A DNA stretch of 52,308 nucleotides, filler included, from Catajapyx aquilonaris (taxonomy: Eukaryota): assembly GCA_000934665.2 (NCBI GenBank). It is 3 parts of 3 records of this genome, joined end to end, with 100 filler letters (N's around TTAATTAATTAA, not from the genome) between each part and the next. Parts side by side here need not be neighbours in the genome. Positions count along the whole stretch, not along the records: positions 35,597 to 52,308 come from JYFJ02007131.1; 2 more parts are not named here. The stretch is one strand, 5' to 3'. Below, piece after piece: positions 37,531 to 49,980 of the stretch. Numbering within the stretch: position 1 is the stretch's first letter; each line of letters begins with the position of its first letter. Below the pieces are notes generated by a model. That model was not told the DNA's origin. It made no database searches and was given only the letters and a program-made list of their open reading frames with translations. The position numbers and the translations under genes were made by a program.

Positions 37531-39268
37531 GTGCAGACCATTTACTAGCCTTACATATTCTAATTCAAAAATACACAAACAGACCTGAGGGAAAATTATA
37601 CGCTGCATTCATAGATTTAACGAAAGCATTTGATTCCATTGGACATAATTTGTTGCTACAAAAATTAAAATCACTAGGATTTAGTCACTAACTACTACAT
37701 ATGATTAATGAGATATATTCCAAAATGGAAATAGGAGAAGATTTCCAGACCAATTTCTCGATTAAAATAACGAAAGGAGTGCCACAAGGAGAATCTTTGA
37801 GCCCTACACTTTTTAACTTGTTTTGGCAGATCTGGATTCCTGTATGCAAGCTAAGCCTTTATGTAAGCTCTAGGGGCAATAAATGGACTCTGGCCAACTT
37901 GGATAAATCTAAAATTACGGGACCTGAAGGTAGCTATGCAACTGATCCAGGCGCATATCACCCCAATAATAATGTACAATGCCCATATTTGGGGCCCAAA
38001 CCAATTAGACACAATAAACCAGATTCAAATTATTTATATTAAAAGGTTTCTTCAAGGGTTTCTTGGACTCCCAAAAAACACTGCAAATTATTTTATTTAC
38101 TTAGAAACAGGAATAATACCACTGACAGTAACATTAATAAAAACTATTATCAGGAATATTGAAAAGTTAATTAACACTGAAAATAACAGGCTAGTGAAGG
38201 AAGCTTACACATATTCACAAAAAACAAACGAGGATAACCCACAGATCCGAGATAATTGGTTATTCGCATGTAAACACCTAGTTCAAAATAATGCAAAATG
38301 TATGATCTAAGCTGGGATGAACTTTTTATAAATTTACCCTCAACAATTTATTGAAACTTTAAAGTCAAACGTTAAAAACAAAACCCTTATGATGTTACAA
38401 CATACTACCAGATATTTGTTTTACAAAGAAATTAAATTTAGTTATGGCCAGGAAGAATATTTAACATATGGTCTCCCAATTATACAGTTAAGAATGATAG
38501 CAAATTTAAGAAACAACTCAAAGTATGTACGTTTGAAAGCAGATTCAATTATGCTTTTTAATGAAGATTTTTGTGAATGGTGTAACATGAAGGAACCACT
38601 GACAGCATGTCACATAATTTACGAATGTAGATACTTTTCTACCCCGAGAACCAACCACCTATACAATCTTCCCAGATATCCACCCTCACATTACCATCTT
38701 CTCTACCACGACATCACAAAAAAAACACATTTTTGCCTTATTTAAGTTTTTTCAGAATGTTAACAAGCGAATCAAAATTTCTACATACTAAATCAATTTT
38801 TGTAGTCCCGCAAAAGTGATGTTCCCCAATACTCAAATTTCCTGTCCTCTTTTCTTCTTTTCTTTTTGCTTTTTTCTTTTTTTTTTCTTTTTTACTACAA
38901 AGTAAACAAAAGGTCAGTGTTGTTAATGAACAAATTAAGAATGAAATAGAGAGATATATAAGAAATTTTGTAATTTTGTAGTATGGAAACTGGAAATGTG
39001 TGTCCCCCGAAACAGGGCTACAGCCATGAGCAAGGGGTAATAAATAAATACAAAATAAAAAATACAAATAAAAACAATCCAATGTTCTCCCGATTATCCG
39101 GGCTAATGGCAGCACGGGTGTTGCCGGATGATCGGAAAACACGGATAATCATGAGTACAGTGTATTTCTAGCTATTTACAGTCAGGATTCTACTGTAGCT
39201 ATGTATCACAGTCTTTGACTCGAATTACTAGGAAAGAAGTGCTTGTTAAAAACTAGATGATTTTTATA

Positions 39269-39848
39269 CAAGGTGTATCAGAGTCACAGGTCAAGCGCGC
39301 GCGAGGGGGTGGGGAAAAATCGTAGGTGGCGACAACCCCGGTCGGTTTTATAAAAACAATTAGAAATACGGCGGTAATCAATTTATTTATTACAGTCTAC
39401 GGCGTGACGTCACATCCTTTCTGTATTCGAATTGACCCCCGCGCACTGGCAAATGCAAGGCAAATGCTTTCTGCTGAACCTGGTTGAACGGGTTCCGGTT
39501 TTTAGTCTTGCGGGTTGCACTGAAAAAGGCGCTCTCCTGCTACACCGTTGTACAGTTGTACCCTGCGGGTCAGTGCGGGTGTAGCATGAGAGCGCCTTTT
39601 TCAGTGTAACCCGCAAGACTAAAAACCCGTTCAACCAGGTTTAACAGAAAGCATTTGCCTTGCATTTGCCAGTCCGCGGGGGTCAATTCGAATACAGAAA
39701 GGATGTGACGTCACGTCGTAGACCGTAATAAATAAATTGATTACTGCCGTATTTCTAATTGTTTTATAAAACCGACCGGGGTTGTCGCCACCTACGACTT
39801 TTCCCCACCCCCTCGCGCGCGCTTGACCTGTGACTCTGATACACCCTG
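39269..39848. mobile_element. Near-perfect 580-bp palindromic Tc1/mariner-type MITE
   Basis: TA TSD; TIR CA(A/G)GGTGTATCAGAGTCACAGG extending almost to the centre. Confidence 0.92.
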
Positions 39849-39866
39849 TAGTTAAGTCTCACTTAC

Positions 39867-39899
39867 CTCCAACACCTCGTACGATTGAACCCCCTACAT
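39867..39899 (-). CDS. Micro-exon 9 (33 nt): DVGGSIVRGVG
   Basis: TTTTTGCAG|ATGTAGGGGGTTCAATCGTACGAGGTGTTGGAG|GTAAGTGAG; phase 1-1. Confidence 0.8.
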
Positions 39900-39923
39900 C
39901 TGCAAAAATGATAAAAGACAATT

Positions 39924-41157
39924 TTTAAAATAAAACATTAGATATACCCGGTGCTAGAGCCATGGGCTCTCTTAAGCCTGTTTCACAAAAAAAAAAGGAC
40001 GCGGCGTTTCACCGCTCAGGGTGTACGACGCGCGCGTCAAGCCAATTCACATAAAATTTTGACGCGCGATTTTGTCTGTCACCGCGGCAAACAGCTCCAA
40101 CGCAGGAAACTGCTGCTGGCCTTAATATCTGCGTTTTGACGCCCGGCGACTGCCAATGGGAAGAAGGACCATGAAGTCACGTGACTTCCCTCCCTCCCTC
40201 CCAACGAGATAGAATAGGTTAGAGCCCGTAAGCCGAGGCCGTAAAGGTCGGCCATCTCTGGCGGCCATGCCACTTCACCGCAAGAACATGCGCGAATTCG
40301 AAATTGCCGCATTTCTAACCCTGTTCTCCTCTGTCTACACTCCTGCCTCCTGGCGGGGCTGGGAATAAGTGGCAGTCTGGTGAAAGCAACGAGGTATAAG
40401 TAGGGTTAGAGGCCGTAAAGGTCCGCCATCTTTGATGCAATTGAGCGGCTATGACACTTCACACATGTTTGCACGCCATTAGCTGTGGGGACATGGCAAA
40501 CACAACTTTTGAAACCTAGTTTGTCCTAACATAAACTATGCTAACCTAACCTAACCTATCCTACCTAACCTACACCCTACCCTAACTAACCTAGACTGAG
40601 AAAAATGGTTTTTAAAGAGACCCAATTGTGGGGACATGTCCCCACTAAAGATGTACCCAACAGGTGAAATCAATTGTGGGGACCAGAAATGTTCCCACAA
40701 TTTGAAAATGTCCCCACAGTTACAGTAAAAAGTCCCATTTCCGTCCCCAGAGATAATTGAAGACCCGTACATGGAATAACACGCGTGAGGTGGTAAACTC
40801 ATGGCTAGTTTTCCCTCTGGCCGCATGGCGCTATACTATGCGTAATCCCTCGGCAGGGGGTGGGTGGGGAGTGACCTAACCTGAGTCTTCTACAGCCGTG
40901 CCCCAACCTGATTTTCTGGTCGAGGCAGACATCTTTATGTGGTGGCTATAGTGGCTAGTTTCGTTATCTTTCCGAGATGGCTCTGCACTCGCCCCGCGCG
41001 ACAGATTTTTTGTGTGGATTGCAGTAGCGTTTTCCACTGTGGCGATCCACCGCCTATTGCCTTGGCCAAGGTCAGGATCGCCGGCCTCCGGGATTCGAAC
41101 CCAGGACCTCCCGATTAACAGTCGGACACCATATCCACTCCACCACTACTGCTTCGG
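39924..41157 (-). mobile_element. tRNA-derived SINE (tRNA-Asn-like head) with nested insertions
   Basis: Minus strand: A-box TGGTGGAGTGG, arm TCCGA-CTGTTAA-TCGGG, B-box GGTTCGAATCCC. TSD TGATAAAAGACAATT at 39909-39923 and 41158-41172. Confidence 0.8.
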
Positions 41158-41326
41158 TGATAAAAGACAATTAACTTTCTCAATATTTGGACGTAAGTTT
41201 CTCGATATTGCTTTCCGGCCTTTCGTATCTGTTATGACCGAAAGTGTGTTACAGCCGAGGCTGTTATATTCGAATTCAACCGTATTACATTCCCCAATTC
41301 AATGCCCTCCCGATTATCCGGGCTAA

Positions 41327-41421
41327 AGGCCATTTCACAAAAGAAATGTCGCGCGGCAAACGGCGCGACNTGCCGCAAGTCGCGCCGTTTGCCGCGCGAC
41401 ATTTTTTTTGTGAAATGGCCT
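41327..41421. mobile_element. PIF/Harbinger-type MITE, 95-bp palindrome
   Basis: TAA TSD; TIR AGGCCATTTCACAAAA; the empty site is visible in the other intron copies. Confidence 0.88.
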
Positions 41422-41597
41422 TAATGGCTGCACGGGTGTTGCCGGATGATCGGAAAACACGGATAATCGGGAGTACAGAGTATTTCCAACAATTTCCAGT
41501 GAGTAGTCTACTGCATGTATCACTCTCTTTGACTCGAATTACTCGGAAAGAAGTGCTTGTTAAAAACTAGATGATTTTATAGTTAAGTCTCACTTAC

Positions 41598-41630
41598 CTC
41601 CAACAGCTACGACGACATTACCCACTGCAG
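41598..41630 (-). CDS. Micro-exon 8 (33 nt): AAVGNVVVAVG
   Basis: TTTTTGCAG|CTGCAGTGGGTAATGTCGTCGTAGCTGTTGGAG|GTAAGTGAG. Confidence 0.8.
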
Positions 41631-42337
41631 CTGCAAAAAGACAAAAGACTATTAACTTTCTCAATATTTGGACGTAAGTTTCTCCATATTACTTTCCGGC
41701 CTTTCGTGTCTGTTATGACCGAAAGTCTGTTATAGCCAAGGGTGTTATATCCGGATTCAACGGTATTACATTCCCCAAACCAATGTTCTCCCAATTATCC
41801 GGGCGCGGGTGTTGCCGGAAAACACAGATAATCGGAAAATGGTCATTGATATCGTAAGATATGAGCTGCGAACAGATTTTTAATAATATTATGCTAGTAC
41901 TGTATAGACTATAGACTATAGAGAGTATGTCCCTTTGTTGAAAATAATAATAATAAAACCTGTCCGAGATTATTATTCTTTACTTCGTCTTTTAGACAAA
42001 TTTTTTAATATGATTTTGTTCACGAGACATATTGACAGTGGCTGCAATTTTCGACCCACTGCTATACTTGCTAACTTAGCAGCACTGGTACTGCTAAGTT
42101 AGCAGTATGTTTAGCAGTGGGACGAAAACTGGAAACATTTTTTGGACTTTAATTTTAAATTATTTTTTTGGCGATGCACTGAGAATCAACCCCCGGATAA
42201 TCGGGAGTAGACTGCAGTGTATTTCCACGATTTCCAGTAAGTAGTCAACTGTATATGTATCACTCTCTTTGATTCGAATTACTCGGAAAGAAGTGCTTGT
42301 TAAAAACTAGATGATTTTATAGTTAAGTCTCACTTAC

Positions 42338-42370
42338 CTCCAGCATCTTCTGCGTCTTTAGCCACTACAT
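42338..42370 (-). CDS. Micro-exon 7 (33 nt): NVVAKDAEDAG
   Basis: TTTTTGCAG|ATGTAGTGGCTAAAGACGCAGAAGATGCTGGAG|GTAAGTGAG. Confidence 0.8.
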
Positions 42371-43265
42371 CTGCAAAAAGATAAAAGACAATTAACTTTC
42401 TCAATATTTGGACGTAAGTTTCTCGATATTACTTTCCGGCCTTTCGTGTCTGTTATGACCGACAGTCTGTTATAGCCAAGGGTGTTATATCCGGATTCAA
42501 CGGTATTACATTCCCCAATCCAATGTTCTCCCGATTATCCGGGATAATGGCAGCACGGGTGTTGCTGGATAATCGGAAAACACGGATAATCGGAAAATGG
42601 TCATTGATATCGTAAGAAATGAGCTGCGAACAGATTTTTAATAATTATGCTAGTATTGTATTGAGACTCTAGAGAGTATGTCCCTTTGTTGAATAAAAAT
42701 AATAAAACCTGTCATAGATTATTTTTACTTCGTATTTTAGACAAATTTTTAAATATGATTTCGTTCACGAGACATATATTGACAGTGGCTGCAATTTTCG
42801 TCCCACTGCTATACTTACTGCTAACTTAGCAACACTGGTACTGCTAAGTTAGCAGTATCTTTAGCAGTGGGACTTCGATGCAATTGAGCGGCCGTGACAC
42901 TTCACGGAATAACACGCGTGAGATGGTAAACTCATGGCTAGTTTTCCCTCTGCCCGCATGGCGCTATACTGTCTACTTCTGTATACCACCAATGCTCTTT
43001 TGCAGTGAAGTGGCATGGCCGCCAATTGCATCAAAGATGGCGGACCTTTACGGCCTCTAATCCTATTTATCCCACGTTGCTTTCACCAGACTGCCTTTTA
43101 TTCCCAGTCCCGCCAGGAGGCAGGAGTGTACACAGAGGAGAACATGGTTAGAAATACGGCAATTTCAAATTTCTTGCCGTGAAGTGTCATGGACGGAAAT
43201 TGCATCAAAAATGGCCGACCTTTACGTCCTTTATCATATTCTATCTTGTTGCTCCCTCCCCAAGA

Positions 43266-43529
43266 CCCCAACCTGATTTTGTGGTCGAGGCAGACATCTT
43301 TATGTGGTGGCTATAGTGGCTAGTTTCGTTATCTTTCCGAGATGGCTCTGCACTCGCGCCGCGCGACAGATTTTTTGTGTGGATTGCAGCAGCGTTTTCC
43401 ACTGTGGCTATCCACCGCCTATTGCCTTGGCCAAGGTCAGGATCGCCGGCCTCCGTGATTCGAACCCAGGACCTCCCAATTAGCACTTAGCAGTCGGACA
43501 CCATATCCACTCCACCACTACTGCTTCGG
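43266..43529 (-). mobile_element. Second copy of the SINE head, created by local segmental duplication
   Basis: Near-identical to ~40901-41157 and followed by the same junction into the intron repeat. Confidence 0.8.
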
Positions 43530-43870
43530 TGATAAAAGACAATTAGCTTTCTCAATATTTGGACGTAAGTTTCTCGTTATTACTTTCCGGCCTTTCGCGT
43601 CAGTTATGACCGAAGTCTGTTACAGCCGAGGCTGTTATATTCGGATTCAACCGTATTACATTCCCCAATCAACTGTTCTCCCGATTATCCGGGCTAATGG
43701 CAGCACGGGTGTTGCCGGATGATCGGAAAACACGGATAATCGGGAGTACAGAGTATTTCCAACAATTTCCAGTGAGTAGTCTACTGCATGTATCACTCTC
43801 TTTGACTCGAAATACTCGGAAAAAAGTGCTTGTTAAAAACTAGATGATTTTATAGTTAAGTCTCACTTAC

Positions 43871-43903
43871 TTCCAGTAGCTACGACGACATTACCCACTG
43901 CAT
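43871..43903 (-). CDS. Micro-exon 6 (33 nt): DAVGNVVVATG
   Basis: TTTTTGCAG|ATGCAGTGGGTAATGTCGTCGTAGCTACTGGAA|GTAAGTGAG. Confidence 0.8.
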
Positions 43904-44531
43904 CTGCAAAAAGACAAAAGACTATTAACTTTCTCAATATTTGGACGTAAGTTTCTCGATATTACTTTCCGGCCTTGCGTGTCTGTTATGACGGAAAGTC
44001 TGTTATAGCCAAGGGTGTTATATCCGGATTCAACGGTAATACATTCCCCAATCCAATGTTCTCCCCCATTATCCGCGCTAATGGCAGCACGGGTGTTTCT
44101 GGATAATCGGAAAACTCAGATAATCGGAAAATGATCATTGATATCGTAAGAAATGAGCTGCGAACAGATTTTTAATAATTATGCTAGTGCTGTATAGAGA
44201 CTCTAGAGAGTATGTCCTTTTGTTGAATAAAAATAATAAAACCCGTCGGAGATTTTTTTTACTTCGTCTTTTAGACAAATTTTTTAATACGATTTCGTTC
44301 ACGAGACATATTGACAGTGGCTGCAATTTTAGTCCCACTGCTATACTTACTGCCAACTTAGCAGCACTGGTACTGCTAAGTTAGCAGTATCTAGCAGTGG
44401 GACGAAACCTGGACACATTTTTTTGGACTTTAATTTTAATTTTTTTTTGCCGGGCGATGCAATGAGAATCAATCCCCAGATAATCGGGAGTAGGCTGCAG
44501 TGTATTTCCACGATTTACAGTAAGTCGTCAC

Positions 44532-45554
44532 TATGGCAGGAGGTATGACGTCACATAAGCAGGCTTGGTGTGGCGGGCTTGGGGGGNGGGGGGGGGGGGG
44601 GGGAAGCGCGTAACTGCTACTGAGTAGCAGCTATTCAGCGACTCCGTGCCATTGCATGTTCGCTATAAAATGACATATGAGTGTATGACTGACAGTACTT
44701 CCTGCAGGGAACTGTACGGTACTAAATATATTCCCCGATAGACATAAGGAGGAAGGGAGTGAAAAAAAAGACATGGGAAGAGAAGGCGACGAAAAAAGGA
44801 TGGGAAAAAGAGAAACCAACCTGGGGCGCGAACCGGCAGCCTTCTGATCTCTCGGCGAGCACGCTAGCCAATGCGCTATGGAAACCATCGCTAAAATTGT
44901 TCCTTCCGTTCGGGGTTCTTATAGCGCGGAGGTAATACGGCCGCGTTAAATGACTAATTACTCGGAGGGGGCAAGAGTGGTGATATTTTCAAGGCTGGAA
45001 TATTAATTTTCACTGCTTCATGTCGGCAGGGAGTAGGGGTACGATGTACTAACCCAACCTATAAGCCTAACCTTCACTCGTTGCGGATACAGCCCTATCT
45101 TCAGCGTATACAGGCCTATCTGAAGCGTATACAGGCCTATCTTCAGAGTATGCACGGGGGGTAGGGGTACGATGTACTAACCCAACCTATATAAAGCCTA
45201 ACCTTCACTCGTTGCGGATACAGCCCTATCTTCAGCGTATACAGGCCTATCTTCAGCGGTTACAGATGAAAAGTACTGTTCAACAATTGCGAACCCGTAT
45301 CCAGAAAGTACGGATGTGACCATAACCGCATGATAGCAGGATAGCGGAGAGCGGAACCGCCGCAGTAGCTGCTACTAAGTAGCAGTTACCCGCTCCCCCC
45401 CATGCCGCCCGCCCGCCACCCCCGCTACCGAGCCTCGCATGTGACGTCATACCGTGACGTACTCGCTCAAAAGGCTGGGATTAAACGGATATCAGCATAC
45501 CGGAGTGAAAACCCGCCGTTTTCCATATACCGCGACCGGTGCAACTGGCCCTTT
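44532..45554. mobile_element. Composite repeat insertion in intron, including a tRNA-like segment at ~44818-44886 (minus)
   Basis: Interrupts the intron unit; inverted GGTATGACGTCACAT / ATGTGACGTCATACC; shares sequence with 24660-24920. Confidence 0.6.
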
Positions 45555-45565
45555 GTCTCACTTAC

Positions 45566-45598
45566 CTGCAACATCTCCTGTGAGTTTACCCGCTGCAT
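45566..45598 (-). CDS. Micro-exon 5 (33 nt): DAAGKLTGDVA
   Basis: TTTTTGCAG|ATGCAGCGGGTAAACTCACAGGAGATGTTGCAG|GTAAGTGAG. Confidence 0.8.
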
Positions 45599-45864
45599 CT
45601 GCAAAAAGATAAAATACAATTAACTTCTCAATATTTGGACGTGAGTTTCTCGATATTACTTTCCGGCCTTTCGTGTCTGTTATGACCGAAAGTCTGTTAT
45701 AGCCGAGGCTGCTATATCCGGATTCAACGGTATTACATTCCACAATCAACTGTTATCCCGATTATCAGGGCCAATAGCTGAACTGGTGTTGCCGGATAAT
45801 CGGAATCATAAAATCATAGATAGCGTTAAAAATGAGCTATGAACATATTTTTATGTGCTGCTGC

Positions 45865-47343
45865 ATATTGTCCAGGTGCTAAGGGACAAATTTGGCCCAA
45901 ACTTTGCATTTTGTGACAAAAGTATGAAACTTGGTACACTTGTTCTTTGGACACTTCTGACCATATCTGAACGTGGGGCCACAATGACCCACATCGGTGG
46001 AGGTAACTTTCGCAGGGTTGCCATAACTACCAGACGCAGCATCCTTTAGGATCTTGTATTAGGTGACAAGAACATAAAAGTCGCCATAATTGGTCTTTGG
46101 ACACTTCTGAACATGTCGGGTATGGAGTCATGATGACTGACCCCGCTGTGGGTCACTCGCAGGGTTGCCAGATCTAACGGACCCAACATACCTCTCTGTA
46201 CCTCTCTGCGTAAACCATGTGAATAGCGAGCTTCCCTTGATAAAAACGTGAAACTCGGTACAAATTTTCTTGAACAAATCTCAACATATCCTGACGTGGA
46301 GCCACGGTGTGTGACCACTGGTGCCCCGCCCCCCCCCCCCCAGGGGGTTACTATTGCGTAGTTGCCAAATCTGACGGGGGCTGTACATCTTTACATGAAT
46401 AAGGGCATTGCAGTCGGTGACAACAACGTTAAACTCGCCCCAATTGATCTTTGTATGCTACTGAACATGTCTGGAAGAGAGGCCACTATGGATGAACCCA
46501 ATGTGGGTCACTCTCAGGGTTGCCAGATCTACGTTAACTATGTGAATAGGGAGATTGCATTCGTTGATCAAGACGTGACACTTTGTACAATAGTTCTTTG
46601 CACACTTCTGAACATATCTGGACGTGGGGCCATGATGACCCACCCCGATGGAGGGCAATATCGCGGGGTTGTCATATCTAACAGAATGTGCAACATGTGT
46701 TTATATTTGAATAGGGAGCTTGGATTAGGTGATAAAAACGTGAAACCAGGTACACTAGTTCTTTGTACACTTCTCAGCACATATGGACGTGGGGCCTCGA
46801 TGACCGACACCGTTGGATGCCACTATCGCTATGTTGTACTATGTTGCACATTCTGGTAGATATGGCAACCCCGCCATAGTGTCCTCTATCGGGGTGGGTA
46901 ATCGTGGTCCCACGTCCAGATATGTTCGGAAGCGACAAGGAACTATTGTACTGAGTTTCACGTCTTTATCACAGAATGCAAGCTCCCTATTCACATGGTG
47001 TACGCAGAGATGTATGTTGGGTCCGTTAGATCTGGCAACCCTGCTAGTGACCCACAGCGGGGTCAGTCATCATGGCCCCACATCCAGCCCTGTTCAGAAG
47101 TGTCCAAAGACCAATAATTGTGGCGAGTTTCATGTTTTTGTCACCGAATACAAAGTCCTAAAGGATGCTGCATCCTGGTAGGGATGGCAACCCTGTGAAA
47201 GTGACCTCCACCCGGGTGGGTCATCGTGACCCCACGTCCAGATATGATCAGAAGTGCCCAAAGAACAAGTGTATACCGAGTTTCATACTTTTGTCACAAA
47301 ATGCAAAATTCAAACCCTTAGCACCCTGACGGAACTCGGACTA
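45865..47343. mobile_element. Non-autonomous foldback DNA transposon with long TIRs built of ~135-bp subrepeats (Academ-like, tentative)
   Basis: GGTGCTAAGGG...TTTGCATTTTGTGACAAAAGTATGAAACT is mirrored by AGTTTCATACTTTTGTCACAAAATGCAAA...CCCTTAGCACC. Confidence 0.7.
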
Positions 47344-47803
47344 ATAGAAAGTATGTCGCTTGGTTGAATCAAAATAATAAAACCTACCTTAGAGTATTTT
47401 ATTACTTCGTCTTCTAGAAAACGTTTTTTATATGATTTCGTTGGCGAGACATATAGGTGGTATCGGCGTGACGTCACCAGCGGGCGGCGGCCATATTGTA
47501 AAAATAAGAGTGTCACCTGCCCATTGCGTGCATAGTGCCGTAGCTTGCTAACGTGAATATTTGAGTGCATTGTAGGCATTTCACAGTGCGGATATGGTTT
47601 TTTGTGCGATTGTGGGTTGCTCTGAGAGGTAAGGGAGGGACCGGACAGATCCGGTTGCATGATATGGCCGGCCTACAGTGATAAATAATAATCATCAAGT
47701 GGATATAGGACGAAGGAGTTGTCGCAAGCCAAAGGAGTGCACTTCGGGGTGACGTTGGCTTTCTCGTATTATTCGTGCTGATCTGTTGAGTATACCATTA
47801 ACA

Positions 47804-49980
47804 CCGTGGTTTCCAACCGGTGGGTCGCGATCCCCTGCGGGGCCCTTACCGAAATTTTCTCTACCTCGCGGAGAGGTCGTCAGACGAGCTTATGGCCACC
47901 CAACCGCATACTAGCGGTTGTTTCATTTCGCTATGTCGCGGGCGAAGTCGCGGCGAGGTGGCGGTGGCGAGGTGGTCGCAAGGTGGCGGTGGCGAGGTAG
48001 TCGCGAGGTACCCACCTCGCGACCACCTCGCCAGCCAAGGTAGTCGCGAGGTACCCCCCTCGCGACCACCTCGCCACTATATTGATATTATATATAAATT
48101 AATTTCGGTAAGGGGACCTCGTCATGACGAGCTAGCCGCTACTTGGCGCCGAGCAAGTCATACTGGGGATGGGGAAGTGGCTTTTTCGCTTTTTATTATT
48201 CGCTTCTTCGCATGGTTGGTTGCTTGGTTTTCGTAGAAGTGGTGCCCGGCTTGTATGGCTCTTTCATACCGCGGATTGTCCTGCTCGCACCAAGCAGCAT
48301 TGCCATTTAACGACTCTAGCAAATTAATGTCACAATGAAGTACCTCGGGGGTAAATGAGCCGCATGCAGTGGAGTATCCTGCCACCTTTGCACATGGGTA
48401 ATGGCCAAAATTTATTCGCATTGTTGTGGGATAAATCGGTGCAGCGATACACCGACGGCAGCGCCATCTCCACGCGGGAAGCTGCCCCGCATTCGAATAA
48501 ATTGCTCGGCGCCAAGTATCGGCTAGCTCGTCATGACGAGGTCAGAAATTGAGACTTGACCTCGCGGAATGACTTGCTCGGCGCCAAGTATCGGCTAGCT
48601 CGTCATGACGAGGTCAGGAGAATATTTGACAGCCGCGAGGTCCCGCGACGTGGCGGCTATCCTGAGGCGAGCTCGCCAGCTTCTGGCGACCTAGCGGCAA
48701 GCTCGCGGCTATGTTAAATTTTGGTAAGGGGGTTGCGGGCCTGGGTTCCACTCTTTTTTTCCAATTTATGCGCAATAATTAATAATTTAAAAAAAATGGT
48801 GACCACTTTGTACGAGTTTTATGTTTGAGCAGCTCTTGCATGGTTTGTGCCATAGTTCGGCGAAAGAAATCTAGCAACGTTCGCGCTCCCGCTCTCCTCT
48901 ATCAGCGGAAGCCCCTTTACCGACCTCGCTACGCTACGGAGCCAATCAAGCTGCACTACAACAGTACAACTTACATTAGTTTGAAGGGGGAAAAAAACTA
49001 TACAGGAGAAGCAGATGCAAATATTACAAATTATTACTTTGTGATATTCTGGTATGTTTTGCGGATATGTTTGAGGAGCTGAATGTGCTCAACACTTCTC
49101 TGCCAGGCAAGGGGTCAAAATAATTAAGGACCATTTTTATATCGCATGAAAAAATAAGTACATTTTTATGAAAACTCCAACTCTGGCTGGCAGAAAAATG
49201 TGGAGGATCTTCATTTGAAATGTTTCATCGTCTGCAAGACTATATCGAGGGCAGTAGCGCAAATTCGAGAGCGAGTCACATCCACACATTTGCAAATACT
49301 AAAGGAGGGTTTAAGGAAATATTTCGGTGATATTGACAAATGTTGCAAAGGTCCAATAGGTTCGAAATTTCTTCAGTAAGTTTACAAGGGAAAAACTGTC
49401 TACTTATGAACGAGAGGAGCTCATTGATTTGGTTCTGCGACCGCACATTGAAAGATACATTTCAAGATGGATAATAATTGACGAAATTCTGGATGTGCAG
49501 GGGGAATACCCGGATTAAGGGGGCGCAGAAGGAAAAATACGGAATTTAATTTTTTTGGTCGCGATAATATATGTTAAGCTCGAAAAACGCGCGCAAAGAT
49601 TTGGCCTTTAAAATGGTACCATACTCGACACGATTGCATTAAAATTGTGGACACACGGCCCCAGAAATGTGTCCGATTATTATCTCGCGATTCCTTCCGC
49701 CATGTTAATCGAATTCACATTATTTCTGAAACCCCGTTTACCGTTCACTTCAACTCGCCGTAAAAGTCATTATTTTCTTGGGCGACAATGGGGAAAAAAC
49801 GACGAACTAGGTGTCAAATCATCCATTTTTTCGGTGCATTTTCTGTGTCAATTGAACCATTTTTTGCGGCCGTACAGAGTGTATGTTTTCTGTAGAGGGG
49901 GGAGGGGAGGAGGGGGGGGGTTGCACATTTATGGAAACATGTTTAGGATATGACAGTTGGTAAAAGGCCGGAAACCACGG
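47804..49980 (+). mobile_element. hAT (Buster/Charlie-like) element with a degenerate transposase remnant at ~49040-49520
   Basis: TIR CCGTGGTTTCC / GGAAACCACGG; peptides FADMFEELNVLNTSLPGK, HEKISTFL*KLQLW, HLQILKEGLRKYF, EREELIDL. Confidence 0.75.
47843..48730. mobile_element. CMC/EnSpm-like non-autonomous element nested in the hAT element
   Basis: TIR CCCTTACC(G/A)AAATTT; GG on both sides; many TCGCGA-type subterminal repeats. Confidence 0.6.

Larger units (their letters stand above)
35787..39074 (+). mobile_element. Degenerate non-LTR retrotransposon (APE endonuclease + RT + C-terminal Cys/His motif; RTE-X/CR1-group-like)
   Basis: IVGFTETWL; SPGPDMIPN; YKSGNKDDPANFRPIAL; WQAAFRKGRSCADH; FIDLTKAFDSI; KGVPQGESLSPTLFNLF; CEWCNMKEPLTACHIIYEC. 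A-rich tail; 14-bp TSD CAATCCAATGTTCT (35773-35786 / 39075-39088); frameshifts and deletions. Confidence 0.93.

Noticed and set aside
40540..40595. Telomeric (CCTAA)n tract
   Set aside because: Short, degenerate and internal to a transposon-like insertion
41075..41157. tRNA-Asn gene (also ~43440-43529, and tRNA-like segments near 12080-12150 and 44818-44886)
   Set aside because: A/B boxes and an anticodon arm are present, but no acceptor-stem pairing; flanked by TSDs or embedded in repeats, so these are SINE heads
41598..45598. Resemblance of AVGNVV repeats to viral fusion-protein membrane-proximal segments
   Set aside because: Low-complexity G/A/V similarity only; the exon-intron structure argues for a host gene and there are no other viral features
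45558..45749. Repeated short ORFs in the intron unit (MIxECNTVESGY..., also 50347-50538 and 35549-35821)
   Set aside because: Non-ATG, chance open frames through the repeat that are broken by indels in other copies; only their last ~11 codons coincide with the real micro-exons
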